The position numbers and the translations under genes were made by a program. A DNA stretch of 50,976 nucleotides, the filler included, from Jimgerdemannia flammicorona (Eukaryota): the NCBI GenBank assembly GCA_003990765.1. It is 2 parts of 2 records of this genome, joined end to end, with 100 filler letters (N's around TTAATTAATTAA, not from the genome) between each part and the next. Parts side by side here need not be neighbours in the genome. Positions count along the whole stretch, not along the records: positions 25,548 to 50,976 come from RBNJ01000833.1; 1 more part is not named here. One strand, given 5' to 3'. The notes under the pieces are model-generated. The model was given only the letters and a program-made list of their open reading frames with translations, ran no database searches and was not told where the DNA came from. Shown here one piece after another: positions 37,301 to 48,552 of the stretch (the stretch's first letter is position 1; the number at the start of each line of letters is the position of its first letter).

Positions 37301-39575
37301 TCTCAGTCAGCAGAGAGGAGTTAAGGCACTAATGTCTGAGTCCATCTCCACTCTCTCTAAACTGCTCCTGCTCTAACAGTCCCCAGTAATCAGACCATAG
37401 GCACCACTCCACCTCCAGAGTCCTCCAAACATCCATGTCCCAGCATTCAGCTGTCAGTATCCAGTCAATCCTTGTACCAAGTTCATTTATCCAGTATGTA
37501 TAAATCCTCTTTTCTTCCTACTGCAACCTGCCCATATCTCTTAGAGAGCTAAGATTCTCCACTTCTTCCCATGTATCCAAGCCTCTACTCCTTCTACCAG
37601 CACTCCTTCCTCCATCAGTTCTATCTAATTGAAGATCCTACACCATATTGAAGTCACTCTCCAGAATATCCACCCCTTTCTCTAAGAATATACCCTCCTC
37701 TAAGAGACCCTTAATCTATACAATCTGCTTGCCCCTAGCCACAGGACAGTAGCAAGAGCCAACTCTCACTGGCTCCCACCCTGGTTGATGCCAATTCCCC
37801 CAAACCAGATAGTCTCCCTAGCTCCTGATTCCACTCAGATCTCCTTTACCACTCCTCATCAAGATCATCACTTTGCCCATCTAAGCTGTAGCTCCTCCCC
37901 ATTCCCTAGTCCACTCTACTTGATCTATATCATCCTTGCAATGCACATCCTGCAGCAGAAAGAGATCAGCCTCCAATCTCTTAAGCTAACTGAAAATGTT
38001 TTTATGTCACCCAGAGCCCTATAACCCATTCACATTCCAAGAAAAAATGTTGGTTATACTGTTCATTGGAAATAATGTTTTAGAAGTACTGCTCATCCTT
38101 TACTGATCCACATTCATTCTCTTCCTTGCCATGTCCAAGTTATGTTCAGCAGCCACTTCCTCCTCTATAGCCATCTTCACCTCCAATCCAACCAGAAGTT
38201 CAGCCATCTCTCCATTCTCCTTCTCCTCAAACCTCTCCCAATACTCCAGGCAGACCTCCTGCCAGAGCTGCAATCCATGATACTCTGCCTAACAGTATGT
38301 AGCCCACTCACCAGTAACAATTGCCAGCTCAGCCTCTCTCTTCTTATCTACCTCATATCCCTCCTTCTCTAGAAAAATTGCAAGTATCTCAGCCTTTAGT
38401 GCCTCCACCACTCTATCAATATATAGAATTCTAGCCCAGTACTCCTCACTCATCACCCTCAGATCTACTTCTCCCAACTCTTCAGCTGCAAAGTTATTCA
38501 TCATCTGGCTCATCTACAGTAAGTTTCCCACCTCCTTCCTATCTGGAGACACCAGCCTCCCTGCACTCAGTATTGTGGTATCTGCTCCTGTACTCACAGT
38601 CTCATCCCACTTCTCCTCTATTACATCCACCAGCTCATCCTCACCAATAGCCACCACCTGGCCCCCTTTTGCTATGTCTGGAACTCTAAAGTGAACTCTC
38701 TGGGCACTATACATCAGTACATCCTCTGCTGCCTGGCCCCTCAGAGTAGGACCCCATCTGACAAGAGGGGGAGTATCTTCCAAATTCTGTTCCAGACTTC
38801 AAACATACCATCTGCATACAGGTCATTGCATGGTGGCTTCCCAGCCCCATCTTGACCCTCCTCAACATCCCCACCCCTCTTACTGGCCCAGATACTTGCA
38901 TCAGCACCTCCAGACTCCTCAACACTACTTGCATTCCTCTTTGCCCTTCCTTCTAGGCTTGCCAATAACTCCTGCTGCCTCTTATACTTCTGAGCCCTCT
39001 CTCATAGCTTCTTGTCTGTGCAGATATATTTTCCATCCACAATCTCCAAATGAGTTGACTTCTCATATTTCTTCCAGACATTTGCTCTCTGCTTGACTGC
39101 ACCACTCAACTCTTCCAAAGCCTCTAATAGGTCCTCCTCCTCTTCCTCACTCCCCTTCACCCTTGACATCTTACAGACAAAGGCCCCCTATATCAGAACT
39201 AAAGGCCAGTTACTCAGCTTCCTAGTGGCCTCTCTCTCAGCTAGTCTAATCCTGACATTAACATCCCCTGTCCTAAAGGTAGTCCCCTCCCATATCTGGA
39301 ATCCTATATCAACCACATTGCTATACTCCACTATCACCTCCTCAATCTTCCTCCTAGTCTCTATCTTTATCACTATAAGTACCCCCTTGACCAGTAGCTG
39401 AGCCACTCTAGAGTCTTACCTCAGACAGTATACCATAGAGACCACTACTTCTCCAACAATGACACCCACCTTCAATGCTTTCTCCAGCAGGCCTGCCTTC
39501 TTAAAGCCTACCTCAACTCCTTCCAGACCCTTCAGGAACTTCACTGAGGCAGCCCCAGCCATCTATTTAGAGATA

Positions 39576-41171
39576 CAGTGACAGTCAAAACTATAACAAT
39601 ATTTAGTTATTTTTTATATATAATTATATTATAGCTTCAATATAAATCCAATAAAATCCAAATTTTTATCATTAATAATATAGTATCTTAGCTTTTGAAT
39701 AGTATATTATTTATTTTATTTGGATAAATATAGACATTAATATTACTATTTTAAGTTATATTACCATTGTTATAGTTTTGACCCTCTTAGCCATCCAAAC
39801 CTCTTATTTATTTTTATTTAATATTTAATATATCTACCTTTAGCTTTATATACTGCTGAAATGCACCTGGGCATACTTTCAATTAATTTGATACAAATGT
39901 CTTTAGAAATGTCATTCCATTCATACTGTATATACTCCCATAATTCCAGCATTCCTTCAGATAGTTTATCATATATATTTAATTGTTTTTTAAATTTGTA
40001 CCATAAATGTTTGATGAGATTGAAGTCTGGCAATTGTGCTGGCCAGTCTAACATATAGATAGAGTTGTTTTTGAACCATTCATATGCTATTTTGGATATT
40101 TGGAATCATTATCTTGTTGGAAGGTGATCTTTTTTTGATTAAGTTTATAATACTTGATCATTTGAAGTAATTCATCACTAAGAATACTAGTATATAATTT
40201 GGCATTTATTCAGCTCTCAATTTGGCATATATATCAGACACCTTTGTATGTCATACATCCTCAAAGCATTAATGATCTACTACTGAATTTTAGAGTTCCA
40301 GTTACCTGGTTCAGTTGGAGCTCCCCACTACTATCTGATTTACACCATATTTATTTGCATCCATTGGAGCCCAAATGGTTAATCTTCATTTCATCAAAAA
40401 ACACAATGGTTTTCCAGTCAGCAACTGTCCAATACTTGTATTTTATAGCAAATTTGTAGCATGTCTTTATGTGATAAGATAGCAAAAGTGATTTCTTTTG
40501 CTTTATATATACTTTGAGGCCAGCCTTTCAGAGTGTTCATTTTACCATACTAAGGCTTGCCTTTTTGCCACTTTCTTGAAGGGCTTTTATAACTCTGGTG
40601 GCATTATCTGCTTTGCCAGTTGTAACTTGGCAGGTGATCTATACTTCATCTCAGGCTGAAAACATAGCTGGATGACCACCTTTTGATGAAAGAATATTAT
40701 TGCAATATGCCATTTTTACACAGTTTACTGTTATTGCACTCATATTGATTTCTTTGGCAATCTTGTATATAGATAAACCAGATTGTAGTAAGTGGATGAT
40801 ACAGTTACAAATGTCAACAGAAAGCTTTTTCATTGCTTGAAAATGATGGCAAAATACTGTAGAGTGATAAAGAATATCTGAAATAATACTGTAGTAAAAG
40901 TGGATAATTATAGCCCAACTCAATAGCATGTAGTGAACCCAAACAGGTTTGGGTGGCCAAGGGGGTCAAAACTATAACAATGGTAATATAACTTAAAATG
41001 GTAATATTAATGTCTATATTTATCCAAATAAAATAAAAAATATACCATTCAAAAGCTGAGATACTATATTATTAATAATAAAAATTTAGATTTTATTGGA
41101 TTTATATTGAAGCTATAATATAATTATATATAAAAAATAACTAAACATTATTATAGTTTTGGCTATCACTG
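39576..41171 (-). mobile_element. Tc1-family DNA transposon with 227-bp TIRs and TA TSD
   Basis: TA-CAGTG...CACTG-TA termini. TIRs 39576-39802 and 40945-41171. Confidence 0.95.
39818..40833 (-). pseudogene. Tc1 DD34E-type transposase pseudogene
   Basis: MKKLS...HTH...GGHP; WKTIVFFDEMKIN; L*GCMT; FQQDND; WPAQLPDFNLIKHLW (catalytic E read as K); SMPRCISAVYKAKGRYIKY. Several stops and a small frameshift ~40095. Spacing is 34 if the lost bases are restored. Confidence 0.92.
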
Positions 41172-42600
41172 TAAGCTCCAGAACCATCTTTGCCATTACT
41201 GCTAAGCCTTAGAAGCACAAGGTTACCATAAACTCTAAGATTGACTTCCTGAGTAATGGTGTCACCACTAGCCCCATCACACCATCTGCCAGGTCCCCCA
41301 TCCTCTTTGAGCCCATCTGTCCAGCCCTACTATCAACTATTACATCTGGATTTTTTTTTCAGATTCCCAGTCATACCATTATCAGCAGTCTCTCCTCTAC
41401 TTCTAGCTGCTGTTTTACTAGTCTTCCTATCTATTAGCTGAGGTCCAGCACCTCTCACATTGCCTTCCCTCTGCTTTCTCTTCCCTTTTGCCTGTTTATC
41501 ATGAGCACCAGCAGGCCATTCTCCAGTCTTTAGCATATCTGCAAAGCTCCCCCCCCTCTACCCTCTTGTCCCACTACCACTTTCAGAACTGTCCTGCCTA
41601 CTCAGACCACCAAAAGACCCCATCTCTAGTCTGATATATTATCAGTTGAAGGCTCCAGATCCACCTAACCTAGTATATATATTGGCTTACTTGTTGATTA
41701 CCATAACCTTAGTATCTTTCTCTAATAAATAATTCAAAAGTATGTTTTGAAGTTTATATTATGTGAATAATAGAGGAGAAAGATATGACTCACAGTTAGT
41801 CATCATTGCTCATCTTGTAGCCTGAATGTGTCATGCCATATAATCTTCTTGTGCTCTAATCTAGTGGCTTACAAGAAAAGACTGTTTCTTATACTGATGT
41901 CATCATTCTGAGATCACTGTTACAATATAAATCTCTCTTAAATCAGCATAACTATATATGTAAATATGATTATACTTATTAACTTTGATAAAAAGTATAT
42001 CTACTAAATTACTATAGTGGACTTTCTAATTTAAATAGATATAAACTGAACATATATACTTTATATAATTATTATGATGTAAATAAAATAGTTGTATTTC
42101 TTTGGATAATAGAGATTATATTAGTTCAAATGAAATAAAGTTATTAAAATTAAAGTTATTAAGTAAAACTTGCTATCAGCTTAATGGGTTTTATAGAAAT
42201 CTAATATCAAGATAATTTGTATCTCATTTGACATATATTTAATATATCTTTATTATATCTACAAAGCTTTATCTCTATATAAAAGATATAGAAATATAAA
42301 TAAATAAATATACTATAATATAATAATAATAATATATATTTGACTGATATTAAAGAAATAAATAAAAGTATTTATATATTATCTAGCTCTAATTACATCT
42401 TTTGTTTGATAATATATATAAAGGACCTGAGACTTCTTTTGCTCGAACCATTCGGAGAGAGCTAAGTCACACAGACATCTTTCAGTGAAAGACAACACAT
42501 TTGCAAGTTTTTATTTCGAACATACTGGTGTACATCATGTGGTGGGAGTCTATCTATAAGGCACAACAAGTTTCAGAGAAAACTGTTGAGTTTTGGTAAT

Positions 42601-44361
42601 ATGGCTAGTCAAGATTCCTCTAGCTCTGAGTGCCTGGAGAGGAGGAGGCCTGGTCTGGGGATTCCCAGGAGTTTTGCAGCTGCTGCAGGGGCTGGTGTAG
42701 CTGCTGGAGGGGCAGGTAGGCAGGGAAGGACTGGAGGAATTGAGGCCTGGTGTACAGTGGTTGGGAATAGGAGGGCTGTAGCTAGGCCCATGGGGGTTGG
42801 ACAGGGGGGATATAGTGTTGACAGGGGGAGAGGTCAGGTGATGAGTCAGGTGACAGGTCAGGTGGCTGGCAGGAGACAGGGGTCTGGTGGCATGATGCTG
42901 GGGACTGGTTCTTCTATGGCTGAGCAGGTGGCTGGAGAGAAGACTGTGGGTGGTACAGCTGTATCTGGTGGGACAACTACTGGTGTTTTGGGAGCCAAAG
43001 GAAAGGTGCCTCTGATAGCTGGGACTGGCAAGCTGGTGGTGAGGCCCTTCTTTCACAAATCAGTGTTGACATTGGTGATCTTGGCGAACTTCCTGGGATT
43101 GGTGATGTCAATGAGGGAGGTTCTGAGACTGGTGGGGGAGGAGGTGGTTGGAGCAGAGTCTCTGAAGTTCATCCCTTCAGCAGAGGCTGTGGAAATTGGA
43201 TTTGTGGAGGAGGAGGCAATGGTGAAGGCACTGAAGAAAGGAATGATAGTCAAGAGTGTCTGGATTGGGATGGCAAGGTGTCTGAGGTAGGATCCACATG
43301 CTGTTCGGCTGGTGGTGGAAGAACTGCCTACTCTGGGCAGACAGGAGACCAAGAAGATGGTGGTAGAGGTGCTGGGTGAATATGGTGAGATGGTGGACTT
43401 TGGATTCATGTTCTGGGAGGGCACCAAGTTGAGGAATGGTAACTGCAAGGTGATGCTGCATTTGGAAGGCAAGGAGGCAACTGGGCTGGGCTGCAATTGG
43501 CCTGAAGGGATTAGAATTGGGGGGCAAGAGTGTAAGGTGTGGAGGAGGAAGGGAGTGAAACAGGAGGAGGAGAGGGAGGCTGCCAAGGAGTTGTGGAAGA
43601 GGAAGTGGGAGGAGTATGCAAAGGATTGGATCTGGATCAAGGCAGATGGCAAGCAGAAGAGGTGGAGGAAAGAGAACTGGGAGCACCTATAGGCAGCCCT
43701 CCAGGGGGTGGCAGTGGAAGAGGAGGCAAGAGTAGAGGCAGCCAAGAATCAGATGGAAGAAGTGGAGGTGGTGGAGGTGTCCTTCTCCCAGATGGGTGGT
43801 GTAGAGGACTCGGCACATGCACCAGTGAGAGGAAAGTGGGCAGATAAGGAGGAGGTTGGTGAAGGAGGCTTTGAGGTTGATGCTGAGGTAGTGCCAGAAA
43901 CTCAGGTAGAGGACACCCATATAGCTGGGGTAGCAAATGTGCATTGGGAGTACCCTGAAGCTGGGGAGGTAATTCATTTGGAGAAAGTGGTGGAGGAGGA
44001 TGAGCTGGTGGATGTGGCTTCTGATGTATCGGTAGATAGAGAACAACTGCAAGAGTTGAGCAAGACCCCCAGGCCTTCAACTCCTGGGCCCCTGGTGATG
44101 ACGGCAGAGAGTTGGTACCAGGCAGTGTTGGAGGAGCTGGCTGAGGAGGATATCAAGGAAGTGGATGTGTTTCATGGATCTCAGGAGGTATGGGAAGAAT
44201 TTCTCAAGGTAGCAATACAGGGGCCTAAGCTGGTGATGGCAATGGTAGCTGCCCTTCTGGATGATGAAGGATATGATGTTGATGAGAGCAGAATGGCTGA
44301 CATCAGGAAGGTGGTGACAGAAAGAGTGGACCTGTTCTGCAACAGTGAAAATGGTGATTGA
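42601..44361 (+). pseudogene. LINE ORF1 (two in-frame TAG stops at 43288 and 43690)
   Basis: ORFs 42586-43290, 43312-43692 and 43708-44361 share a frame. YGEMVDFGFMFWEGTKLRNGNCKVMLHL matches YGEIVDIGFRVWEGTLLRMGDVDVRIRL in the 27881-33754 copy. Confidence 0.85.
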
Positions 44362-44457
44362 ATCTGGAGGGTGATTTGCAAGGACCAGCAAGAGATCATT
44401 AGAGGAAGGGCTGAGAAGGTAGTGGTGGTCCTGGCTGAGCTTTAAACAACTTCCTTA

Positions 44458-47400
44458 ATGATGATGAACAATCTATGTATTTTATCAATCAATGTCAATG
44501 GATTGCAGGATAGTGTTAAAAGACAGTGGCTTTTCAGATGGCTTAAAGTCAGAAGGTATGATGTTATGTTTCTTCAGGATGTTCAGGCTTATGGCAAGTC
44601 AGACTATGAGATTTGGAGTAAAGAATAGTATGGTGGAGCAGGTTGGAATATGCAGGTGGGCATCTTGATTGGTATAGGCAAAGGCGAGCTGGTGGAGGTA
44701 GAGAGCTTTGACAACAGACTGATTTGGGGAAGATTAAAAGGAGGGGCAGGTGATGGTTTGACAGTTGGATCAGTTTACCTCTCTGCAGTTGGCAGAGAGT
44801 GAAAGCAATGGATTGAGGGATGGCAGAGATGGGATGGTCAGGAGGTAGTTGCTTTGGACATTTTGGGGGGGGACTTCAATATGGTGCATGATCGAGCACT
44901 GGACAGATCTGATGATGGGTCAGGAGTTGCGGTATCACATGGACTTTCTCAATGGCTTCAGGTGGAGCAAGACATGGGCTTGGTGGATGGTGTTCATCAG
45001 TGGTAGAGGGATGTAGTGGGACCTTTCACCTGTTGGCACCCAGTTGGAACAACCTTAGTTGGGATACAAATAGACTGGGTGCTAGTGGCGGAGTACTGGG
45101 GTAATATACTGGACACAGCTGAGGTGTGCTGGTGCCCTTGGTCAGATCACTGGGGAGTGGAGGTTTGTGGGAGATTCCAAGCAGCAGGCAGTAGTGGTGG
45201 ATGCTGGTGCCTCAATGTGGCCTTACTCAGGAGAAAGAAGGAGAGGGATAATTTTGTAATAGTTATGAAACAGGAAGTTAGGTGATGGCAGAATGAAGGG
45301 CAGTTGATAGCAGAATGGTGGGGTAAATTCAAACACTTGGCTGGTGCTTACTGGCATGATGTTGGAGAAGTGGCTGGAAAAGAACAGAAGGACAAAGAAA
45401 GGAGGGTGGAGAAGGAGCTGAGATGGTGATTGAAGCTCTTGGAAAAGGGAAACTTGTCTGAAGAGGTGTACCACCATTTGGCATTGGAGGTGGCTGAGTT
45501 GCAGGCAGATTTAAAGGTGTTGGAAACCAGGGTGGTGGATGGCCTGCTGGCCAGGCTATGAGCTAGATGGTTGGAAGATGGAGAGAGGCCAACAAGATAT
45601 CTGTCTGGTATCTTAAAGGCCAGGAGAGTATGACATAGCTGGGCTTCGGTTTTGTGCAAAGATGGAGTAGAGGTCTCTGGGATTACTGACATATTAGGGG
45701 AGATATCTGGCCAATGGCAAGCTCTTTGGCAGGATGGTGGGGAGCAGTCTGAGGGCATGGAGTTTGAGGTGGATGATGGCAATATGGTGAGCAGTTGGCC
45801 AGTGGCAGCGATATCTGAGATAGGGGAAGCAGTCATGAGAGAGGTGTCTCTAGATGAAGTATTGGAAGTACTGAGGAAGATGCAGACTGGTTCATCCCCA
45901 GGGGAGGATGGATTGCCCTGGGAATTCTGAAAGGAGTTCAAGGCCAAGTTTGGTGACTGGTTGGTGGAGATGGCCAATGCTGTTCTGAAGGAGGACTGTT
46001 GGATAGGCAATGGCTCCTTGGGGCTAGTTTCTCTTCTATACAAGGAAAAGGGAGATTGATGGATGTGGCATAATTGGTGGCCTATCATGCTGCTGAATGT
46101 GGATAGAAAGTTGGTGTCAAAGATTCTAGCAGGAAGGATGCAGCAGTATGTTAGTGCACTAGTTAGAGAGGAGCAGTGTGGATTTATCAAGGGGAGGCAG
46201 ATTAGAGACAGTACTGCCTGAGTGCAGAATATTTTAGAGAGCTGTAGGAGCCGGCAGATGGATGGCCAGATGGTCTTTCTGGATCAAGAGAAGGCCTATG
46301 ACAGAGTGCAGTGGAGTTACCTGGAGGCTGTTCTGAGAAGGGCTGGGTTTGGTGTAGTAGAGGCAGGGCGTTTGATGGGCTTAGTGTGGGGATGCCAGGC
46401 AGCAGTCATGATAAATGGATGGTGTGGACCAGAGTTTGCCTTGGGGCGAGGGGTACCACAGGGGGATCCTCTCTCCCCCCTTCTTTATATACTTTCTCTA
46501 AAGCCTCTGCTGGTATGGCTGAAGGGGTGGCTCTCAGGCCTGAAGATGGAAGATGTGGTCTGGTAGCTGGGTGCCTTTGTGGATGATATGGTGGTAGGGT
46601 TGGGTAGTCAGGAGGATGTAGAAGCCCTGCAAGAAGGGGTTGGACAGTATGAGAGGCTGGCAGGGGCGAAATTGAATTGGGGCAAGTACAAGACAATGGA
46701 ACTTGGTGCTGGCCTGGGGGGTCATAGACAATTTGGACAATTGGTAGCCACAGGGAGTGCAGTTTGATATCTGGGTATCTGGTTCTTGGTATATGGGACA
46801 GTCCTGCTGAAGGAGTAGTGGTGTGATTTAATTCAGAGACTGGAAGGTGCTCTGACAGATTGGTCAGAGAGAAGCTTCTCCTTGGTTGGCAGGATAGTGG
46901 TCTTAAATGTGTACTGGCTGCCCAAACTGTAGTATCTGAGTTATCATCTGGATTTCCCAGGGTGGGTGGTGCAGCAGTTGAAGAAGATTGTCAAAGGGTG
47001 GTTATAGCAGAGGAGGTACCTGCAGATTGGATGGGAGACTTTAGTGATGAGGACTTCAGATGGAGGCCTGGGGTTGGTGGATTTCAGATGCTGGCTGAAG
47101 GTGCTTCAGGGCTAGTAAGGGTGCCAAATGATGGAACTAGGTGAAGGAGATTGGGGCAGGCTGGCCATGGACAATTGGGAGGTCCAGTTCTGCCCTCATG
47201 GTGAGGTTTGGAAGGATATATGAGGCTTGCTTCAAGTTAGAAGTATAGGCTGACTGCGGTTTAAGGGGTTCTGGTGGGGTATTATAGAGGCCTGGCTGGC
47301 CATGGGGTTGGCAGGCCCAGAGATCGAGGTGGGTGAGAACCCTGAGCAGAGGTAGTGGCGACTGGGAGACCTTCAGGTTGGTGGCCACAGTCTGAAGGAG

Positions 47401-48060
47401 TACTCTCTGATTGAGGCAATAGAGTGGATCAGGTCTGGCCCTCTGGAGAGATGGCCACCTGAGTGGTAGAGGGCTGGTATCAGAGAAGACTGGGAGTGGA
47501 CTAGTATTTGGAATTGGGGAGCCTCAGTATACAAGATGGTGCCACCCAAATACTGGGTGGTTTGGTGGCAATTTTTAAGGTATAATATGATGCTGAGCTA
47601 TCAGACTGGCTGGATGGAGGTGGATGGCTGTCAAGACTGTGAGTGGTGTGATGAGATAGATGGAGGAGTGGTTCAGACATCAGAACATGTTCTGGGGGCC
47701 TGCCTGGGTGTGGAAGGATTTTGGCAGAGTTTGGAAGGTTACTGGGGCTCCAAGAGGCATAGGGCAGAGGATCCAACCAGTCTGGTGATCAAGCGCCGGC
47801 TGGTAGGGGAAATTGGTGATATATGGGGGGGCCTTGGTCGAGTTTTGGGGGTCTGAGTCTTGATGGCGGTACATTGGTGGTGGATTTTTGAACAAGACCC
47901 ATGAATGGGGATTGGTGAAATGGTGGAGCGGTGGAGGTGACTTCTCCAGGAGGTGGTTCAGGGTTGGTGGTATTAGGGGAAGCGACTTCAACCAGGGGCC
48001 TTAAAGAAGGTGCAGGACATTGTATAGAGGAGTCAAGGGTATCAGGTTTTAGATGATTGA
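44458..48060 (+). pseudogene. LINE ORF2: APE endonuclease, reverse transcriptase, C-terminal Cys/His finger
   Basis: ILSINVNGL, FLQDV, GGDFN, IDWVL, SDH; SPGEDGLP, DQEKAYDRV, GVPQGDPLSP, AFVDDM, YLGI; CQDCEWC...SEHVLGAC. Multiple TGA/TAG stops. Confidence 0.93.
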
Positions 48061-48466
48061 GGGGTGAGATGGAAGGATGAAGTTGGTTGAAGTTGGTTGA
48101 AGGGCTCTACTTATATATGTTATGTGTTGTTAGCAGTGGTTGGTGGTTGGTTGGTATTGTATTAGATAGTTTGTAATAAAGGAGTCCAAGTGACTATAAA
48201 ATAATAATAATAATAATATATATATATATAAAGAGTTTTTATATTATTACTTATCAATACTCAAACAGATTCAGCACTATTGTCTACTTGTGTTTTATAC
48301 TTATATAGACTTTATATATATCTACTAACTTTGATAGATAATGATAGATTACTTATTCATTTCTTTTCTATATAGCTGAAATTCCATCATTGGTTACTAT
48401 AGTTGTAAAAATTATAGTAATATTTACTAATTACTAATCAAATTACCATAATAAAAAAATACTATA

Positions 48467-48482
<16 letters not shown>

Positions 48483-48552
<70 letters not shown>

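Larger units (their letters stand above)
34331..41784 (-). mobile_element. Full-length degenerate Tx1/L1-like LINE with poly(A) tail and 16-bp TSD; ORF1 interrupted by Tc1
   Basis: Poly-T 34330-34353. TSD ATAACTCACAGTTGGT (34315-34330) / ATGACTCACAGTTAGT (41785-41800). Motifs LLQDV, DFN, RIDWIL, DQEKVYD, AFADDM. Confidence 0.95.
27039..41924 (-). mobile_element. 5' LTR of gypsy family 2 (~1.53 kb reconstructed), split by two LINEs into 41801-41924, 33769-34330 and 27039-27880
   Basis: Removing the two TSD-flanked LINEs gives a contiguous minus-strand unit TGTAACA...CATGACA followed by PBS and gag. TATAAATACCCC box at ~27264-27275. The 5' boundary at 41924 rests on the TGT terminus and a composition change only. 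Confidence 0.6.
42424..48215 (+). mobile_element. Full-length, least-decayed Tx1/L1-like LINE (divergent subfamily), with (TAA)n/(TA)n tail
   Basis: Two-ORF layout. AATAAA at ~48175. Probable TSD ATATATATAAAG at ~42412-42423 and ~48222-48233 (low complexity). Confidence 0.93.

Noticed and set aside
42550..44399. Minus-strand ORFs of 100-230 aa
   Set aside because: The same antisense-shadow effect over LINE ORF1.
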